Below, one piece after another: positions 26,883 through 38,446 of a stretch of DNA of 62,824 nucleotides; the first letter of the stretch is position 1; the number at the start of each line of letters is the position of its first letter. Where the stretch lies: contig JAYOYH010000017.1 in assembly GCA_038153405.1 (NCBI GenBank), forward strand, positions 28,352-91,175. Direction: 5' to 3'. A model generated the notes under the pieces. It searched no databases and had not been told where the DNA came from. It worked only from the letters and a program-made list of their open reading frames with translations. The position numbers were made by a program, and so were the translations under genes. Source of the stretch: Gemmatimonadota bacterium (lineage in GTDB: Bacteria; Latescibacterota; UBA2968; UBA8231).

Positions 26883-27713
26883 CTATAGTGCAGAACCGCA
26901 GTGCTTGCAGAACGTGGCGTCGGCGTCGTGACCTTCTGCACTGCACTGCGGGCAGCTCTGCGTGCTCACTGTGAGGCGCTGGTAGTTTCTCATCGCCCAC
27001 TCGGCGGTTACGATACCTGTGGGAACGGCGAGTATGGCGTAGCCGGTGATCATTAGCAGCGCCGATAGGGTCTGTCCGAAGTTGGTCTGCGGTGAGATAT
27101 CTCCGTAGCCAACGGTCGTGACGGTAACAATGGCCCAATAAATGCTGCGAGGAATGCTGGTAAAGCCGTTTTCGCCGCCCTCTACGATGTACATTACCGC
27201 GCCAATGATGACGACGATATTCAGTACGGTGAAAAGAAAGACGGTTATCTTCCGGTGGCTACCTCGCAGCGCATGTTTTAGTTGCCGTGCCTCATTGACG
27301 TACTGAGCCAGTTTTAATATGCGAAAGATGCGCAATACGCGCAGGATGCGAATGACCAGCAGATACTGCGTGCCGGGTAGTAGTAAGCTGAGGTACGTGG
27401 GAATAATGGAGAGGAAATCGACAATGCCGTAGAAACTCAATGCATACTGTCGAGGGCGTCCGACGCTGAAAAGGCGAAGTAGGTATTCTGCGGTAAATAG
27501 GACGGTAAAAAACCATTCGATGAAAAACAGCATTTCGCCATGCTGGTCGCGAAAGTCCTGGATGCTATCGAGCATCACGACTATAATACTGAGCGCAATA
27601 CTGGCGATAAGCCCTATGTCAAAGGCCTTGCCTGCGGGCGTGTCGGCTTCGAAGATGATTTCGTGCAGCCGGTGCCGCCTAGATAGATTGCTTTTATTCG
27701 ATGGGTTGTTCAT
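26883..27713 (-). CDS. Voltage-gated potassium channel (6-TM ion transporter)
   Basis: S4 RILRVLRIFRILK, pore TTVGYGD, C-terminal CPQC/CKHC. Confidence 0.93.
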   Translation of the reverse strand: MNNPSNKSNLSRRHRLHEIIFEADTPAGKAFDIGLIASIALSIIVVMLDSIQDFRDQHGEMLFFIEWFFTVLFTAEYLLRLFSVGRPRQYALSFYGIVDFLSIIPTYLSLLLPGTQYLLVIRILRVLRIFRILKLAQYVNEARQLKHALRGSHRKITVFLFTVLNIVVIIGAVMYIVEGGENGFTSIPRSIYWAIVTVTTVGYGDISPQTNFGQTLSALLMITGYAILAVPTGIVTAEWAMRNYQRLTVSTQSCPQCSAEGHDADATFCKHCGSAL

Positions 27714-27795
27714 GGTATGTGTGGAATAAAGATACCAAAGAGTACCGCTGTTGTGAATGCGAAAAGTTCGCAACGTATCGCGAAAGGAATGCGAG

Positions 27796-28611
27796 ATGAT
27801 AGAGTTGGCTACGATGAGCAGCGTGTGCCCGGATTGGTCGTTGGACGAAATTATTGCGGCGATGAAGCGCCATGGTTATAGGGGACTGGAGCCGCGCGTC
27901 GAATGGGGACATGCCTGTGCTATAGAAGCGGGGCTGAAGGCCGATGAACGAAGGGCCATTCGCCAGCGCATGGAAGATGAAGAGTTGCACATATGTTGCA
28001 TTGCCACGGGGGTGCGCATGGCCGAGCCAGACGAGGGGGTGCGCGCACAACACATAGAGGACTTGAAGAAGTATATCGATTTGGCTGCTGACCTGGGCTG
28101 CGGTCTAGTGCGGACCTTTGGCGGCCAGCGCGCGCGCGATCAAGAGTGGCAGCTCGTCGTCGACTACGTAGCGAAAGGCTACGGGCAGGTCATTGATTTG
28201 GCGGCTGCGCGCGGTGTAGTCATTCTGATGGAGACGCACGATGAATGGTGCTGTTCAGCTCCCGTGCGCGCCGTCATCCAACAGGTCGGCCATGAACATT
28301 TGAAGGTGCTGTGGGATTTCATGCACACGCAGCGCATGCTAGAAAAGCCGCGGGAAAGCGCCGCCGTACTAGGCCAGCACGTGCGCCACCTGCACGCGCA
28401 CGACGGCCAGTATGTAAATGGACGCCTACAGGTAGGTGCACTTGGCGAGGGTGTCATTGATCACCTAGAGCCGTTGCAACTGCTCAGCAAAGCCGGTTTT
28501 TCCGGCTATTTCTCCGTTGAGGTCATTCACAAGCCGGGCGGTGGAGGCGATGCCGAGGGTGTGATGGCACAGTATGCGGAGCAGTTTCGCCAGATGATAT
28601 CAGCGATCTAA
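27796..28611 (+). CDS. Sugar phosphate isomerase/epimerase (xylose isomerase-like TIM barrel)
   Basis: GYRGLE, LMETHD, LWDFMH, HLHAHD and FSVE motifs; RBS before ATG 27796. Confidence 0.85.
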   Translation: MIELATMSSVCPDWSLDEIIAAMKRHGYRGLEPRVEWGHACAIEAGLKADERRAIRQRMEDEELHICCIATGVRMAEPDEGVRAQHIEDLKKYIDLAADLGCGLVRTFGGQRARDQEWQLVVDYVAKGYGQVIDLAAARGVVILMETHDEWCCSAPVRAVIQQVGHEHLKVLWDFMHTQRMLEKPRESAAVLGQHVRHLHAHDGQYVNGRLQVGALGEGVIDHLEPLQLLSKAGFSGYFSVEVIHKPGGGGDAEGVMAQYAEQFRQMISAI

Positions 28612-28658
28612 TTACGCGTTAGGGTATATATAGGTGCGAACGGAAATGTCTATGCGTT

Positions 28659-29603
28659 TTAGGTCGTGTTCAGACCGTTTCTGAAGGCGAGAAATTCCTC
28701 GGGTAGGTCGGCTGTGAAGTGCATGCTCTTGCCGGTTGTCGGATGCTCGAGGTCGAGTTGGTTGGCGTGCAGCATCATGCGCGGAGCGCGCTGGACTTTG
28801 GCGTGCGGATCGCCGTATACCGGATCGCCGACGATGGGGCAGCCGATGTGGGCCATGTGAATGCGAATCTGGTGTGTGCGGCCGGTCTCTAGGCGGATCT
28901 TTAACTCGCTAACCCTGGCGAATCGCTGCACGATCTCGAAGTGCGTGATGGCGTGCTTGCCGGTCAGGTGGTCGGAGACGACGGCGCGGCGGCCGTCGGC
29001 GGCGCGGCCGATGCGACCCGTAAGGGTGTCGCGGTCACGCTGGGGACCACCCACTACAATGCAGCGATAGCGCCGGCGCGCGCCGTGTTTGGCAAATTGC
29101 ACGGCGAGCATTTTTTGGGCGCGCCGATTGCGCGAAAAGCACAGACAGCCGCTGGTCTCCTTGTCGAGGCGATGTATGTATCCGGTGAAAGGTCGCTTGT
29201 CGCCTTGGGCGCGCAGCCAGCGGCGCAGATACTCGCTGACGGCGCCGCGCTCACCTTTCTGCGTCGGCGCGGAAAGCACGCCGGCCGTTTTGTCGATTAC
29301 GACAATGTCTTCGTCGGAGTAGAGCACGCGAAAGGGCAATTCTCCTTCGGGCGGAGCAAAGCGGGCTAGCTGGTACTGCTTGTCGATACCTTGGCGGAAA
29401 TCGCATAGGATGGCTGCACCGGCCGCTGGAATGTGCATAGGATCGCTGCAGATCGTCCCGTCGATGGAGACCAAAGACGCCTGCACTGCCTTGCGCGCCA
29501 TGCTCCGACTCAGTTCGGGCAGGTGCTCGGCCAGCAGGGCAAAGAGCGGCTGCGATTGGCCGGAATGCAGCTCGTGTAGCCTGTATAGTTCGGTCTTGCT
29601 CAC
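28659..29603 (-). CDS. RluA-family (RluD-like) RNA pseudouridine synthase
   Basis: S4-like N-terminus, IDKTAG, HRLDKETSG, LETGRTHQIRIH and GDPVYG. Confidence 0.92.
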   Translation of the reverse strand: MSKTELYRLHELHSGQSQPLFALLAEHLPELSRSMARKAVQASLVSIDGTICSDPMHIPAAGAAILCDFRQGIDKQYQLARFAPPEGELPFRVLYSDEDIVVIDKTAGVLSAPTQKGERGAVSEYLRRWLRAQGDKRPFTGYIHRLDKETSGCLCFSRNRRAQKMLAVQFAKHGARRRYRCIVVGGPQRDRDTLTGRIGRAADGRRAVVSDHLTGKHAITHFEIVQRFARVSELKIRLETGRTHQIRIHMAHIGCPIVGDPVYGDPHAKVQRAPRMMLHANQLDLEHPTTGKSMHFTADLPEEFLAFRNGLNTT

Positions 29604-30436
29604 GTGGTTACTCGCTCTGCGCTCGTTTTGAAGCGCACGGGAGAAGGCACCGAAGCGCCCGAATTGGCTAAGGGGTCTATGCCACGCAGCATGTGTCCCT
29701 GACCGCGCGAAACGTGTGTATCTACGTCGGGCAGATCTTCGGGGTTGCGCATCTGCACGAGCAGCGTGGTGCGCGCCTCCTGACTGGTGTTGAGGCCCGA
29801 CCCGTGAATGGTCAGATAGCTGAAAAACAGCACGTCGCCTGCCGCAGCTGGGCAGGGCGTGGCTTCGGCGACTGGATAGCGCTCGGGGGGAAGGTGGTGT
29901 CCTCCGTCGCGAAGATGGTCGAGCAGGCCCAGCCTATGGGAGCCCGGCACGACGCGCACGCAGCCCTTTTCGAGCGGCGCGTCGTCGAAGTGGACGATGG
30001 CCGCCATCATCGAATGGGCTTCGTGCGGGAAGTAGGGCGCGTCCTGATGCATGGGGAATGGCGCGCCTTTTTCCGGCGGTTTGATAAATATCTTGGTATG
30101 GTGCAGCTGGACGTTGTCACCCACTATATCGGCGGCGCGATCCGTCAGGCGGGGATCTACGATAAGGCGTGCAAAAGCCGAGGAGTGAAACTGCACGTTG
30201 TGGCAGTGCAGTAATTCGCGCGGAAGATCTGTTACTTTGGCACCGCTGCCCCAACCTTGGTTAACTACGTCGTCGGCTTGGGCGGCTAGCAGGCGCTGGG
30301 CGATGGCATGCGCTTCGCTGCAAAAGTACGCCGCTTCCTCTTTGCTGAAAACGCTTTTGACGAGCACGTAGCCGTTTTCTTCGTAGTGTCTTTTTTCGCT
30401 TGGGGCCAGAGCGTACTCTCTGTGCGGTAGGATCAT
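29600..30436 (-). CDS. Phytanoyl-CoA dioxygenase (PhyH) family Fe(II)/2OG enzyme
   Basis: MHQD iron motif, VPGSH, GDVLFF and IHGSGLN..RTT. Confidence 0.88.
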   Translation of the reverse strand: MILPHREYALAPSEKRHYEENGYVLVKSVFSKEEAAYFCSEAHAIAQRLLAAQADDVVNQGWGSGAKVTDLPRELLHCHNVQFHSSAFARLIVDPRLTDRAADIVGDNVQLHHTKIFIKPPEKGAPFPMHQDAPYFPHEAHSMMAAIVHFDDAPLEKGCVRVVPGSHRLGLLDHLRDGGHHLPPERYPVAEATPCPAAAGDVLFFSYLTIHGSGLNTSQEARTTLLVQMRNPEDLPDVDTHVSRGQGHMLRGIDPLANSGASVPSPVRFKTSAERVTT

Positions 30437-30581
30437 CGATGCCTGCTCCAGCTATGGAAAGTAGAGTTCGGAAATCGCACGGCGCGCTGGGCGTGCGCTC
30501 CGTTGTAAAAGTAAGCAAAATGCCGCCATTGGGGGAGCTATAGCAAACAGCGTGCGCAACCTTGTGCGGCGCGGGTTAGGA

Positions 30582-30998
30582 TCAGGGGTGCCTCGCAATC
30601 AACCGTTTGTCGCGCACCTTGCCTGCGCTGAGATCATCAGTGCAAAACCCCAGTTTCTCATACAGGCCCATACAGCGGGGAGCGGTAAATAGGTAGACGC
30701 GTCGGCTGCCGAGTGATTCGATCAGCAAGCGCAGCATCTGCGTGGCAATGCCGCGTCGACGCAGGTCGGGATCGGTCCAGACATCGGTGATATAGGCGCT
30801 GTCGGCGCTGTCGCAAACGGCGCGAGCGGTGCCGACGACGGCCTCGTTGGCATGGGCCAGCCATACGGCGTGGCTCTTTGCGAAGGACTGTTGCAACTGC
30901 AGGGCACTTCGCCCGCAGTCGGATCCATCGCCGGCAAGGCGCGCTCTGACGGCTTCCCAGTATACTCCGTCCGCTGTGTTTGCATAAGTGATGTGCAC
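30582..30998 (-). CDS. GNAT-family N-acetyltransferase
   Basis: VGTARA, DVWTDPDLRRRGIA acetyl-CoA motif, LYEKLGF. Confidence 0.85.
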   Translation of the reverse strand: MHITYANTADGVYWEAVRARLAGDGSDCGRSALQLQQSFAKSHAVWLAHANEAVVGTARAVCDSADSAYITDVWTDPDLRRRGIATQMLRLLIESLGSRRVYLFTAPRCMGLYEKLGFCTDDLSAGKVRDKRLIARHP

Positions 30999-31147
30999 AG
31001 CTACAAGATAAGGCGAATGGATCTGCCCGGCACGAGGACGGAACGGTTCTCCGCGCGATTCCCATCGCCAGCTACTGGCGTAGGCTCGCGTCTAGAGATG
31101 GCATAGATTAAAAAAACCGTTTAGCATGGTTATTGGAGGCGTCGTTA

Positions 31148-31765
31148 TGCCTAGTTTAGCTGCGGTGCGGATTGCTCTGGTCGGAGGCTCGACTGTGACC
31201 GATCGCAGCGGCTGGGGTAAGGGATTTGCCGATTGCTTCACCGAAGCGGGAGAGCTCCTCAACTTCGCCGTGGACGGACGCCGTTCAAAGCGCTGGTACG
31301 AAGAGTGGGCGCCTGCTCACGAGCCTAGAGGCCAGGCCGAGTTTTGCACTGATCCAGTTTGGTCACAACGACCAGCCCGGCAAGGGCCCGCAGAGAGAAA
31401 CCGATCCGGACGCGAGCTATCGGCGCTTTTTGCGGCTCTACGTCGCAGAGCTTCGCGCGATTGAGGCTCTGCCGATCTTGCTCAGTTCCGTTGTGCGCCG
31501 CCACTTTGACAAGCGGAGAAAGGTCTGCTTCAGTCTGATGCCATGGGCAGCGGCGGCCGTCGCCTGCGAAGAAGAGGTGCCCTTTGTCGGCCTGCATGGG
31601 TTGCAGTGCATCCCACCACGAGTGCATCGGTAGGCGAGTATGTCCTACAATCCGGCAGAAGGCAATGTAACTCACTTTGACTGGGCAGGCGTCGAGGCCA
31701 TTGCCGAGCTGATTGTAGGTGAAATCGGCGCCATCACCAGCTGTTCAGTCGCTTTCTTGAAGTAG
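31148..31765 (+). pseudogene. Frameshifted SGNH/GDSL (rhamnogalacturonan acetylesterase-like) gene
   Basis: Blocks lie in different frames: IALVGGSTV..GWG, then IQFGHNDQ...PILLSSVVRR, then NVTHF..AG..AIA; GDS is GGS and DxxH is NxxH. Confidence 0.75.
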
Positions 31766-31800
31766 GTTTTACGCAGCGAGCTAGGTTGTGCAGGGCGATA

Positions 31801-32556
31801 TTAGGTTCCGTGCTGCGCCACCATATCGTCGTAGCGCAATGCGCTACCGCCGAATATGTCGAGTGCACTGCCCACCGTAAAGTCCAGTTTGCCGTTGCCG
31901 AGTTGGGCGATGAGGTCGATATCGCTTGGGGCGCGTACGCCGCCGGCGTAGGTCGTGGGCAGTGGAGTAATCTGCCCCAGCAGGGATACTAGATCGGCGT
32001 CAATGCCCTGCTGTTTGCCCTCGACGTGTGTGGCGTGGATGAGAAACTCGCAGCACGAGTCGGCCAGCGCCTGTAGGTTGGCGTGCGATACTTCAAAGTC
32101 GGTTGCCCTCTGCCAGCGGTCGGTCATGACGACGTAGCGATTGCCAATGCGCGCACAGCTCAGATCGAGAACGAGGTGCTGGCGACCTATGGCGGCGACG
32201 AGTCGGCGCAGATTGTCGCGGTCGAGCTGTCCATCGCGAAAGACATAGGAGGTGGCGATCAGATGGGATGCACCGCGATCTAACCACTCAGGGGCGTTGT
32301 TGGCATTGATGCCACCGCCGAGCTGCAGGCCCTGTGGGTGGGCTTGTAGGGCCTGTGCGGCGGCCTCTTCGTTACCAGGACCCAGCATGATAACGTGCCC
32401 GCCAAACAGGCCGTTGCTGCGATAGCGCGTGGCAAAGTAGGCCGCGTCGTGCGGGGAGACAAAGTTGGTCGTCGGTGCGCTATCGTCGTTGAGCGACGAG
32501 CCGACAATTTGCTTGACCTGGCCTTGATGCAGGTCAATGCAGGGGCGAAATCGCAT
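31801..32556 (-). CDS. hisA: ProFAR isomerase, eukaryotic His6-type
   Basis: FRPCIDLHQGQVKQIVG, GGHVIML, LVLDLSC, VEGKQQGID and TVGSALDIFGG motifs. Confidence 0.92.
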   Translation of the reverse strand: MRFRPCIDLHQGQVKQIVGSSLNDDSAPTTNFVSPHDAAYFATRYRSNGLFGGHVIMLGPGNEEAAAQALQAHPQGLQLGGGINANNAPEWLDRGASHLIATSYVFRDGQLDRDNLRRLVAAIGRQHLVLDLSCARIGNRYVVMTDRWQRATDFEVSHANLQALADSCCEFLIHATHVEGKQQGIDADLVSLLGQITPLPTTYAGGVRAPSDIDLIAQLGNGKLDFTVGSALDIFGGSALRYDDMVAQHGT

Positions 32557-33647
32557 TAGTCGATGCGGTAGCGCTGCAGTTTCTCTTCGTCCAGGCTGAC
32601 GCCCAGACCGGGACCGGACGGTGGGTAGAGATAGCCCCCTTCAATGTGCAGCGTTTCGTTTATGATATCGTCGCTGTGGTAGACAAAGCCGTTGACGTCA
32701 CTGGCATAGCCGATATTGCGCATGGCAAAGGCTAGGTGGGCCTGAGCGGCTGTGCCGATGCCCAATTCGGGCATGCTACCTATGATGCAGGGCATTCGCG
32801 CCGCTTCGGCGATGGCAAAGATATGGGCTGCTGGGCCCAGGCCGCCGGCTTCGGCGACGTAGACGTTAAACACGTCGACGGCACTAGCGCGGATACAGGC
32901 CATGGCATCGGATGGGGTCCAGACGCTTTCGTCTGCCATGATCGGCACTTCGACGTTGGCGCGGACAAAGCGCAATCCTTCCATATCGCTGTAGTGCAGA
33001 GGCTGTTCAACCAGTTCTAAATCAAATACGGAAAGTTCGTTGATCTGGCGCACGGCTTCTTTGGCCGATGCCCAGCCCATATTGGCGTCGACGCGCAGCG
33101 TGATATCGCCCACTTCGCTGCGGATGGCGTCGAGTATTTGTAGGTCGGCCTGTAGATCGCGCCCGACTTTGCACTTGAGCGTTTGGTAGCCCGCTTCCAC
33201 TAGGCGCGTCGCCTGTTCGACGATGTCTTCCGGATCGCCCATAGACAGCGAATGGCTGAGCAGCACGCGCTCGCGAACCTGGCCGCCAAGTAGGGTGTAC
33301 ACCGGCGCATTAAGCGTCTTGCCCACTAGATCATATAGGGCCATTTCGACACCGGCTTTGGCCGGATAAGAGCGGTGCAGGAGCGAGTCCATTAGGGCAC
33401 TGATGGCGCTGATGTGCGTGGGGTCTTGGCCGACGAGCGCCTCGGCCAGCAAGCCGTTGATCGTCTCGCTTTCGCCGCGACCGCGGCGGTCCCATATGCT
33501 GGAAGCTTCGCCCAAGCCGACAAGTCCCTCGTCGGTGTGGATGCGTACTACGGCGTTCTCGCTGGCCTGTTGGACGCCGAGGCTGCTCTTAAAAGGGCGT
33601 GGACGCGGCACGCGCACGGGAATGGCTTCTACGCTAGTAATTTTCAT
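32556..33647 (-). CDS. Enolase superfamily, muconate cycloisomerase/dipeptide epimerase-like
   Basis: KCK, VDAN, VEQP and MADES motifs; GPGLGV. Confidence 0.88.
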   Translation of the reverse strand: MKITSVEAIPVRVPRPRPFKSSLGVQQASENAVVRIHTDEGLVGLGEASSIWDRRGRGESETINGLLAEALVGQDPTHISAISALMDSLLHRSYPAKAGVEMALYDLVGKTLNAPVYTLLGGQVRERVLLSHSLSMGDPEDIVEQATRLVEAGYQTLKCKVGRDLQADLQILDAIRSEVGDITLRVDANMGWASAKEAVRQINELSVFDLELVEQPLHYSDMEGLRFVRANVEVPIMADESVWTPSDAMACIRASAVDVFNVYVAEAGGLGPAAHIFAIAEAARMPCIIGSMPELGIGTAAQAHLAFAMRNIGYASDVNGFVYHSDDIINETLHIEGGYLYPPSGPGLGVSLDEEKLQRYRID

Positions 33648-33680
33648 GGCGGTTTAGTATAGTCGGGGTGGCTAAGGACG

Positions 33681-34238
33681 TCAAGACAGTGCGTATATGC
33701 TGAGGTTCGTATTGCCGTACTCACGCATGCGCAAGCGGTGTAGCGAGCCTATTTGCTCGGGTAATTCTAGCTCTTTTTGGTGCTGGGCTATAATGATTCC
33801 ACTGTCGTGCAGGAGCTGCACGGCCGCCAGTTTTTCCAGTAGGGCCAGACAGAGGGGGGCGCCTGCATGGCGGGCGTGATAGGGCGGATCTAGATAAATG
33901 GTGTCAAAGCGATGGGCCTCTTCGCCAAGCCGTGCGATAAGCAATTCGGCGCGCACGTCGTGCATTTGCGCACCGATGCGCCACGCGTGCAGCAGAGCGC
34001 GCAGATGACTATAGCGCCGCCTGTCCGGCTCGTTAAAGACGACTTGGGCGCCGCGGCTGAGTGCCTCTAGGCCCATTTGCCCCGAACCGGCGCACAGATC
34101 GAGAAAGCGCGTGCCCTGTAGATCGGCGCCGAGCATGGCAAAGACGGATTCTTTTAGACGCGAAGAAGTGAGGCGCAGATTGCCGAGGCGACTGGAGGGA
34201 ATGCCCCGCCCGCGCAAACTGCCGGTCACGATGCGCAC
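33681..34238 (-). CDS. rsmD: 16S rRNA (guanine966-N2)-methyltransferase family
   Basis: MRIVTGSLRGR, LDLCAGSG, LEALSRGA and YLDPPY motifs. Confidence 0.88.
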   Translation of the reverse strand: MRIVTGSLRGRGIPSSRLGNLRLTSSRLKESVFAMLGADLQGTRFLDLCAGSGQMGLEALSRGAQVVFNEPDRRRYSHLRALLHAWRIGAQMHDVRAELLIARLGEEAHRFDTIYLDPPYHARHAGAPLCLALLEKLAAVQLLHDSGIIIAQHQKELELPEQIGSLHRLRMREYGNTNLSIYALS

Positions 34239-34320
34239 GAGCAGCGGTCCTTTCTGACGTGGGGAACGGGTAAATCAGCGCGCATTGTGCTAAAAAAAGA
34301 GGTGGTGAAGTCGCGAGAAT

Positions 34321-35460
34321 TCAGGCCATGGGTGCGCTGGCAATCGACTCCCATACTACGGTGCCCAGCGTAGTGCTCAGGCGCGCCTCTTCGAGCTCGG
34401 TGCTGCGAACCCGGTGGGCGTTCTCATTGCCCTCGGCGTCAATGAGCGTCACTGTGAACGCACCTTCTTCTGCTCCCGATGCGATTTTGCACGTAGCCGA
34501 GTTGTCGGTAAAGATGTACTCGCCTTGCTCGTTTATCGCTATGTTTGGCAACATAAATCGCAGCAGCGATTCGGGATGTATGCCACCTTCTATATAGAGC
34601 GTTTGGTGCTGGTTGCGAATGCCGTCGGCAATTTCCTCCATCTTTTGCCTGTCGCCCTGTTGGCCGTGGACGATAAAGTCGCGCTCGGCGACGAGGAGGA
34701 AAAGCTCGCGCAGGTGCTTGAGTAGCTGCAGGAAAACTTTCTCACGTGCTGGGTTGTCGTTTATGTACTTGCGGTTGGCGCGAGCGAGGTAGCCGACGAT
34801 GCCCTTGGCAAAGAACTCCAGCAGCGCGGATTTGCGCCTGCTCTCGCTGAGTTCGCCCACAGAAGTGTAGAAGCTCGACAAGTTGATCCGCACTTGGTTG
34901 TTTTCGTGCGATATGATGCGGCTGACGTTGAAGTTGAGCGGTATGAGGGTCGCCTTGCACGAGCGATCGACGCGCCTTTCCTCTTGGTGGATTTGGCGTT
35001 CAAGCGCTTCGAGTTCTTCCTGCACGTTGGAGAAGCTGCGGTGGATATCTTCGATGGCGGCTTTTCGATCGCCGTAATCGCCCAACAGCAGCTGCGTTTG
35101 CATCAGCTCGCCGCCTATATAGGCATCGCTCGTAGTGGAGACGCGGCTGTCTTGGATATCGCCGTCCACATAGAGCGCCCTGCAGTGTATTTGAGCGTGA
35201 AAAACATTGCCCCTAACCAGCAGGTCGCCTGCCACTTGGACGCGGCACGGATTGTTCGGCATGCCGTTGAGCGAGCCGTTTATGACCATTGAGCAGCGGC
35301 CGCTCGCACTGGTCCCCCCGGGCATGTCTCTCAGCATATGGCCGTTTGTATCGCCCGCATCAAACGCATTGCGACTGGCTACCAGCGCCTTGCACTCGGT
35401 CGTTTCACCGTCTTTCAACAGTTCTTTTTCGACGGCATCGATATCGAAAATAGAAGCCAT
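34321..35460 (-). CDS. Hypothetical protein with beta-solenoid-like N-terminus and coiled coil (possibly FapA/DUF342-like)
   Basis: Repeating V-x-G-D/N strands (VAGDLLVRGNV, VDGDI) followed by a heptad-rich segment; 5 nt downstream of the REC gene. Confidence 0.6.
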   Translation of the reverse strand: MASIFDIDAVEKELLKDGETTECKALVASRNAFDAGDTNGHMLRDMPGGTSASGRCSMVINGSLNGMPNNPCRVQVAGDLLVRGNVFHAQIHCRALYVDGDIQDSRVSTTSDAYIGGELMQTQLLLGDYGDRKAAIEDIHRSFSNVQEELEALERQIHQEERRVDRSCKATLIPLNFNVSRIISHENNQVRINLSSFYTSVGELSESRRKSALLEFFAKGIVGYLARANRKYINDNPAREKVFLQLLKHLRELFLLVAERDFIVHGQQGDRQKMEEIADGIRNQHQTLYIEGGIHPESLLRFMLPNIAINEQGEYIFTDNSATCKIASGAEEGAFTVTLIDAEGNENAHRVRSTELEEARLSTTLGTVVWESIASAPMA

Positions 35461-35465
35461 ATTAT

Positions 35466-35879
35466 CTATGATCTGATTGAATCGGGAGCGACACCGAGGC
35501 TGCGGATTTCGTCCATTGCACTGTGTATCTGCTTGGCCTTATTGAGCAGCGTGGTAAATGTCTGGACATTCACAGGTTTAGATATCAGCACGTCGACGCA
35601 GCCGGCGATTTCTTCGGATAGCTGATCGGGCAGAAAACCGGAGATTACGGCGATGATAGCATGGGGGCACATATTGCGCAGCATGGCTATGATCTCCAAG
35701 CCGCTCGCACCGGGCATCTGTATGTCCAGTGTGATTACGTCGTAGGTCTTTCTGAGGACCTGCGTCATGGCGTCTTCACCGCTGCCGGCGATGTCGATTT
35801 CATCGAACTCATTAATCTCAGCTAGCTGAGAAAAGTAGTTAGTTATGGTTTGCTCATCATCCACGATTAAGATTCTCAA
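35466..35879 (-). CDS. Single-domain response regulator
   Basis: ILIVDD, TLDIQMPG, ISG and SKP motifs; TTG start. Confidence 0.88.
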   Translation of the reverse strand: MRILIVDDEQTITNYFSQLAEINEFDEIDIAGSGEDAMTQVLRKTYDVITLDIQMPGASGLEIIAMLRNMCPHAIIAVISGFLPDQLSEEIAGCVDVLISKPVNVQTFTTLLNKAKQIHSAMDEIRSLGVAPDSIRS

Positions 35880-35951
35880 AGTTGCAGCCCTCTCAAAGAA
35901 ATTTAATTCGCATTCTGTCCAATAAAGCTAAATATATCTGCCCTTAATGAC

Positions 35952-35993
35952 AAAACCTAACCTTATTTGCAGTGGGGGTTAGGGCTTTTTTTT
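35952..35993 (-). terminator. Putative terminator after cheB
   Basis: CCTAACC/GGTTAGG stem flanked by A- and T-tracts. Confidence 0.45.
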
Positions 35994-36035
35994 AATGGTC
36001 GGCAACGCGGAGAGGCCGTAAGCACCGGGACCTTA

Positions 36036-37559
<1,524 letters not shown>

Positions 37560-37563
<4 letters not shown>

Positions 37564-37943
37564 GCACCGGTCTCCAATACTTCTTCGACTACGGCCTTGA
37601 CGCTTTCCGGGCGCACGGGTTTGCACAGGTAGTCGCGAATGCCCAGGCCGCGCAGATCGTCCATGCGCTTCTGGCTCGAGTCGCTGGTTACGACGACGAC
37701 GGGCACCGATTCCAATAGGCCATCTTTTGCCATGGCTTCTATCATCTCTACTCCGGTCATGACGGGCATGTGCAAGTCGGTGATGACCAGATCAATCCAG
37801 TTTTCCTTGAGCATGGAGAGGGCATCAGAGCCGTTTTCGGCGATAAATACTTCGTTGATTGGCAGGCCGCTAATCCTGAGCATTTTGGCCAGCATCATGC
37901 GCGCCGTTTTGGAGTCGTCGACGACGAGGACGTTGTAACTCAT
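37560..37943 (-). CDS. cheY: CheY-like response regulator
   Basis: VLVVDDS, ITDLHMP, VVTS and CKP; inside the che operon. Confidence 0.85.
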
Positions 37944-38446
37944 TAGAGGTCTCTCTCTCCAGATTGGGATTTGATAATAACCCTACCCGATTCGAGGAAT
38001 AGGCTCATAGTGCGCGATTTATTTCCCCCCACGTCCTCCGCAGATATAAGCAGATCGTTTTTCCACAACAGTTTGCGCAGCACGGTATAGTTGCGCTCGC
38101 CAATTTTAAAATGCTTGTCGGGATCGAGCAGCAAGGCGCCGCCGGCGACTTTGATTTGCAGGTTTTCTCGCCTTGCGCCTTCGGTAAAGAGCGCTTTAAA
38201 AAAGTGCGGTATGCCGGTGTCGACGAACATGAACGGATTGATCTGCGCTTTTTCAGGCGAGAGTTTGGACAGGGGGAGCATAATGTGTATGAGGCCACCG
38301 ATGCACGCAGTTGGGTCGTATGCAGTGACGCCGATGCAGGAGCCCAGTGCGTGCGTAATAATCTCAGTGCGGCTATCCCCGGATATGAACATATCCGATA
38401 TACCCACCGTGTGGCGGTGCCGCGTTATGTCATCCCCAGCGTGCAC
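37943..38446 (-). CDS. cheD: Chemoreceptor glutamine deamidase
   Basis: LGSCIGV, HIMLP, KVAGGA, IGERN and DVGG motifs. Confidence 0.93.
   Translation of the reverse strand: MHAGDDITRHRHTVGISDMFISGDSRTEIITHALGSCIGVTAYDPTACIGGLIHIMLPLSKLSPEKAQINPFMFVDTGIPHFFKALFTEGARRENLQIKVAGGALLLDPDKHFKIGERNYTVLRKLLWKNDLLISAEDVGGNKSRTMSLFLESGRVIIKSQSGERDL

Noticed and set aside
30542..30557. sigma54-like element GCGCAC-N5-TTGCT on the minus strand
   Set aside because: Lacks the invariant GG at -24.
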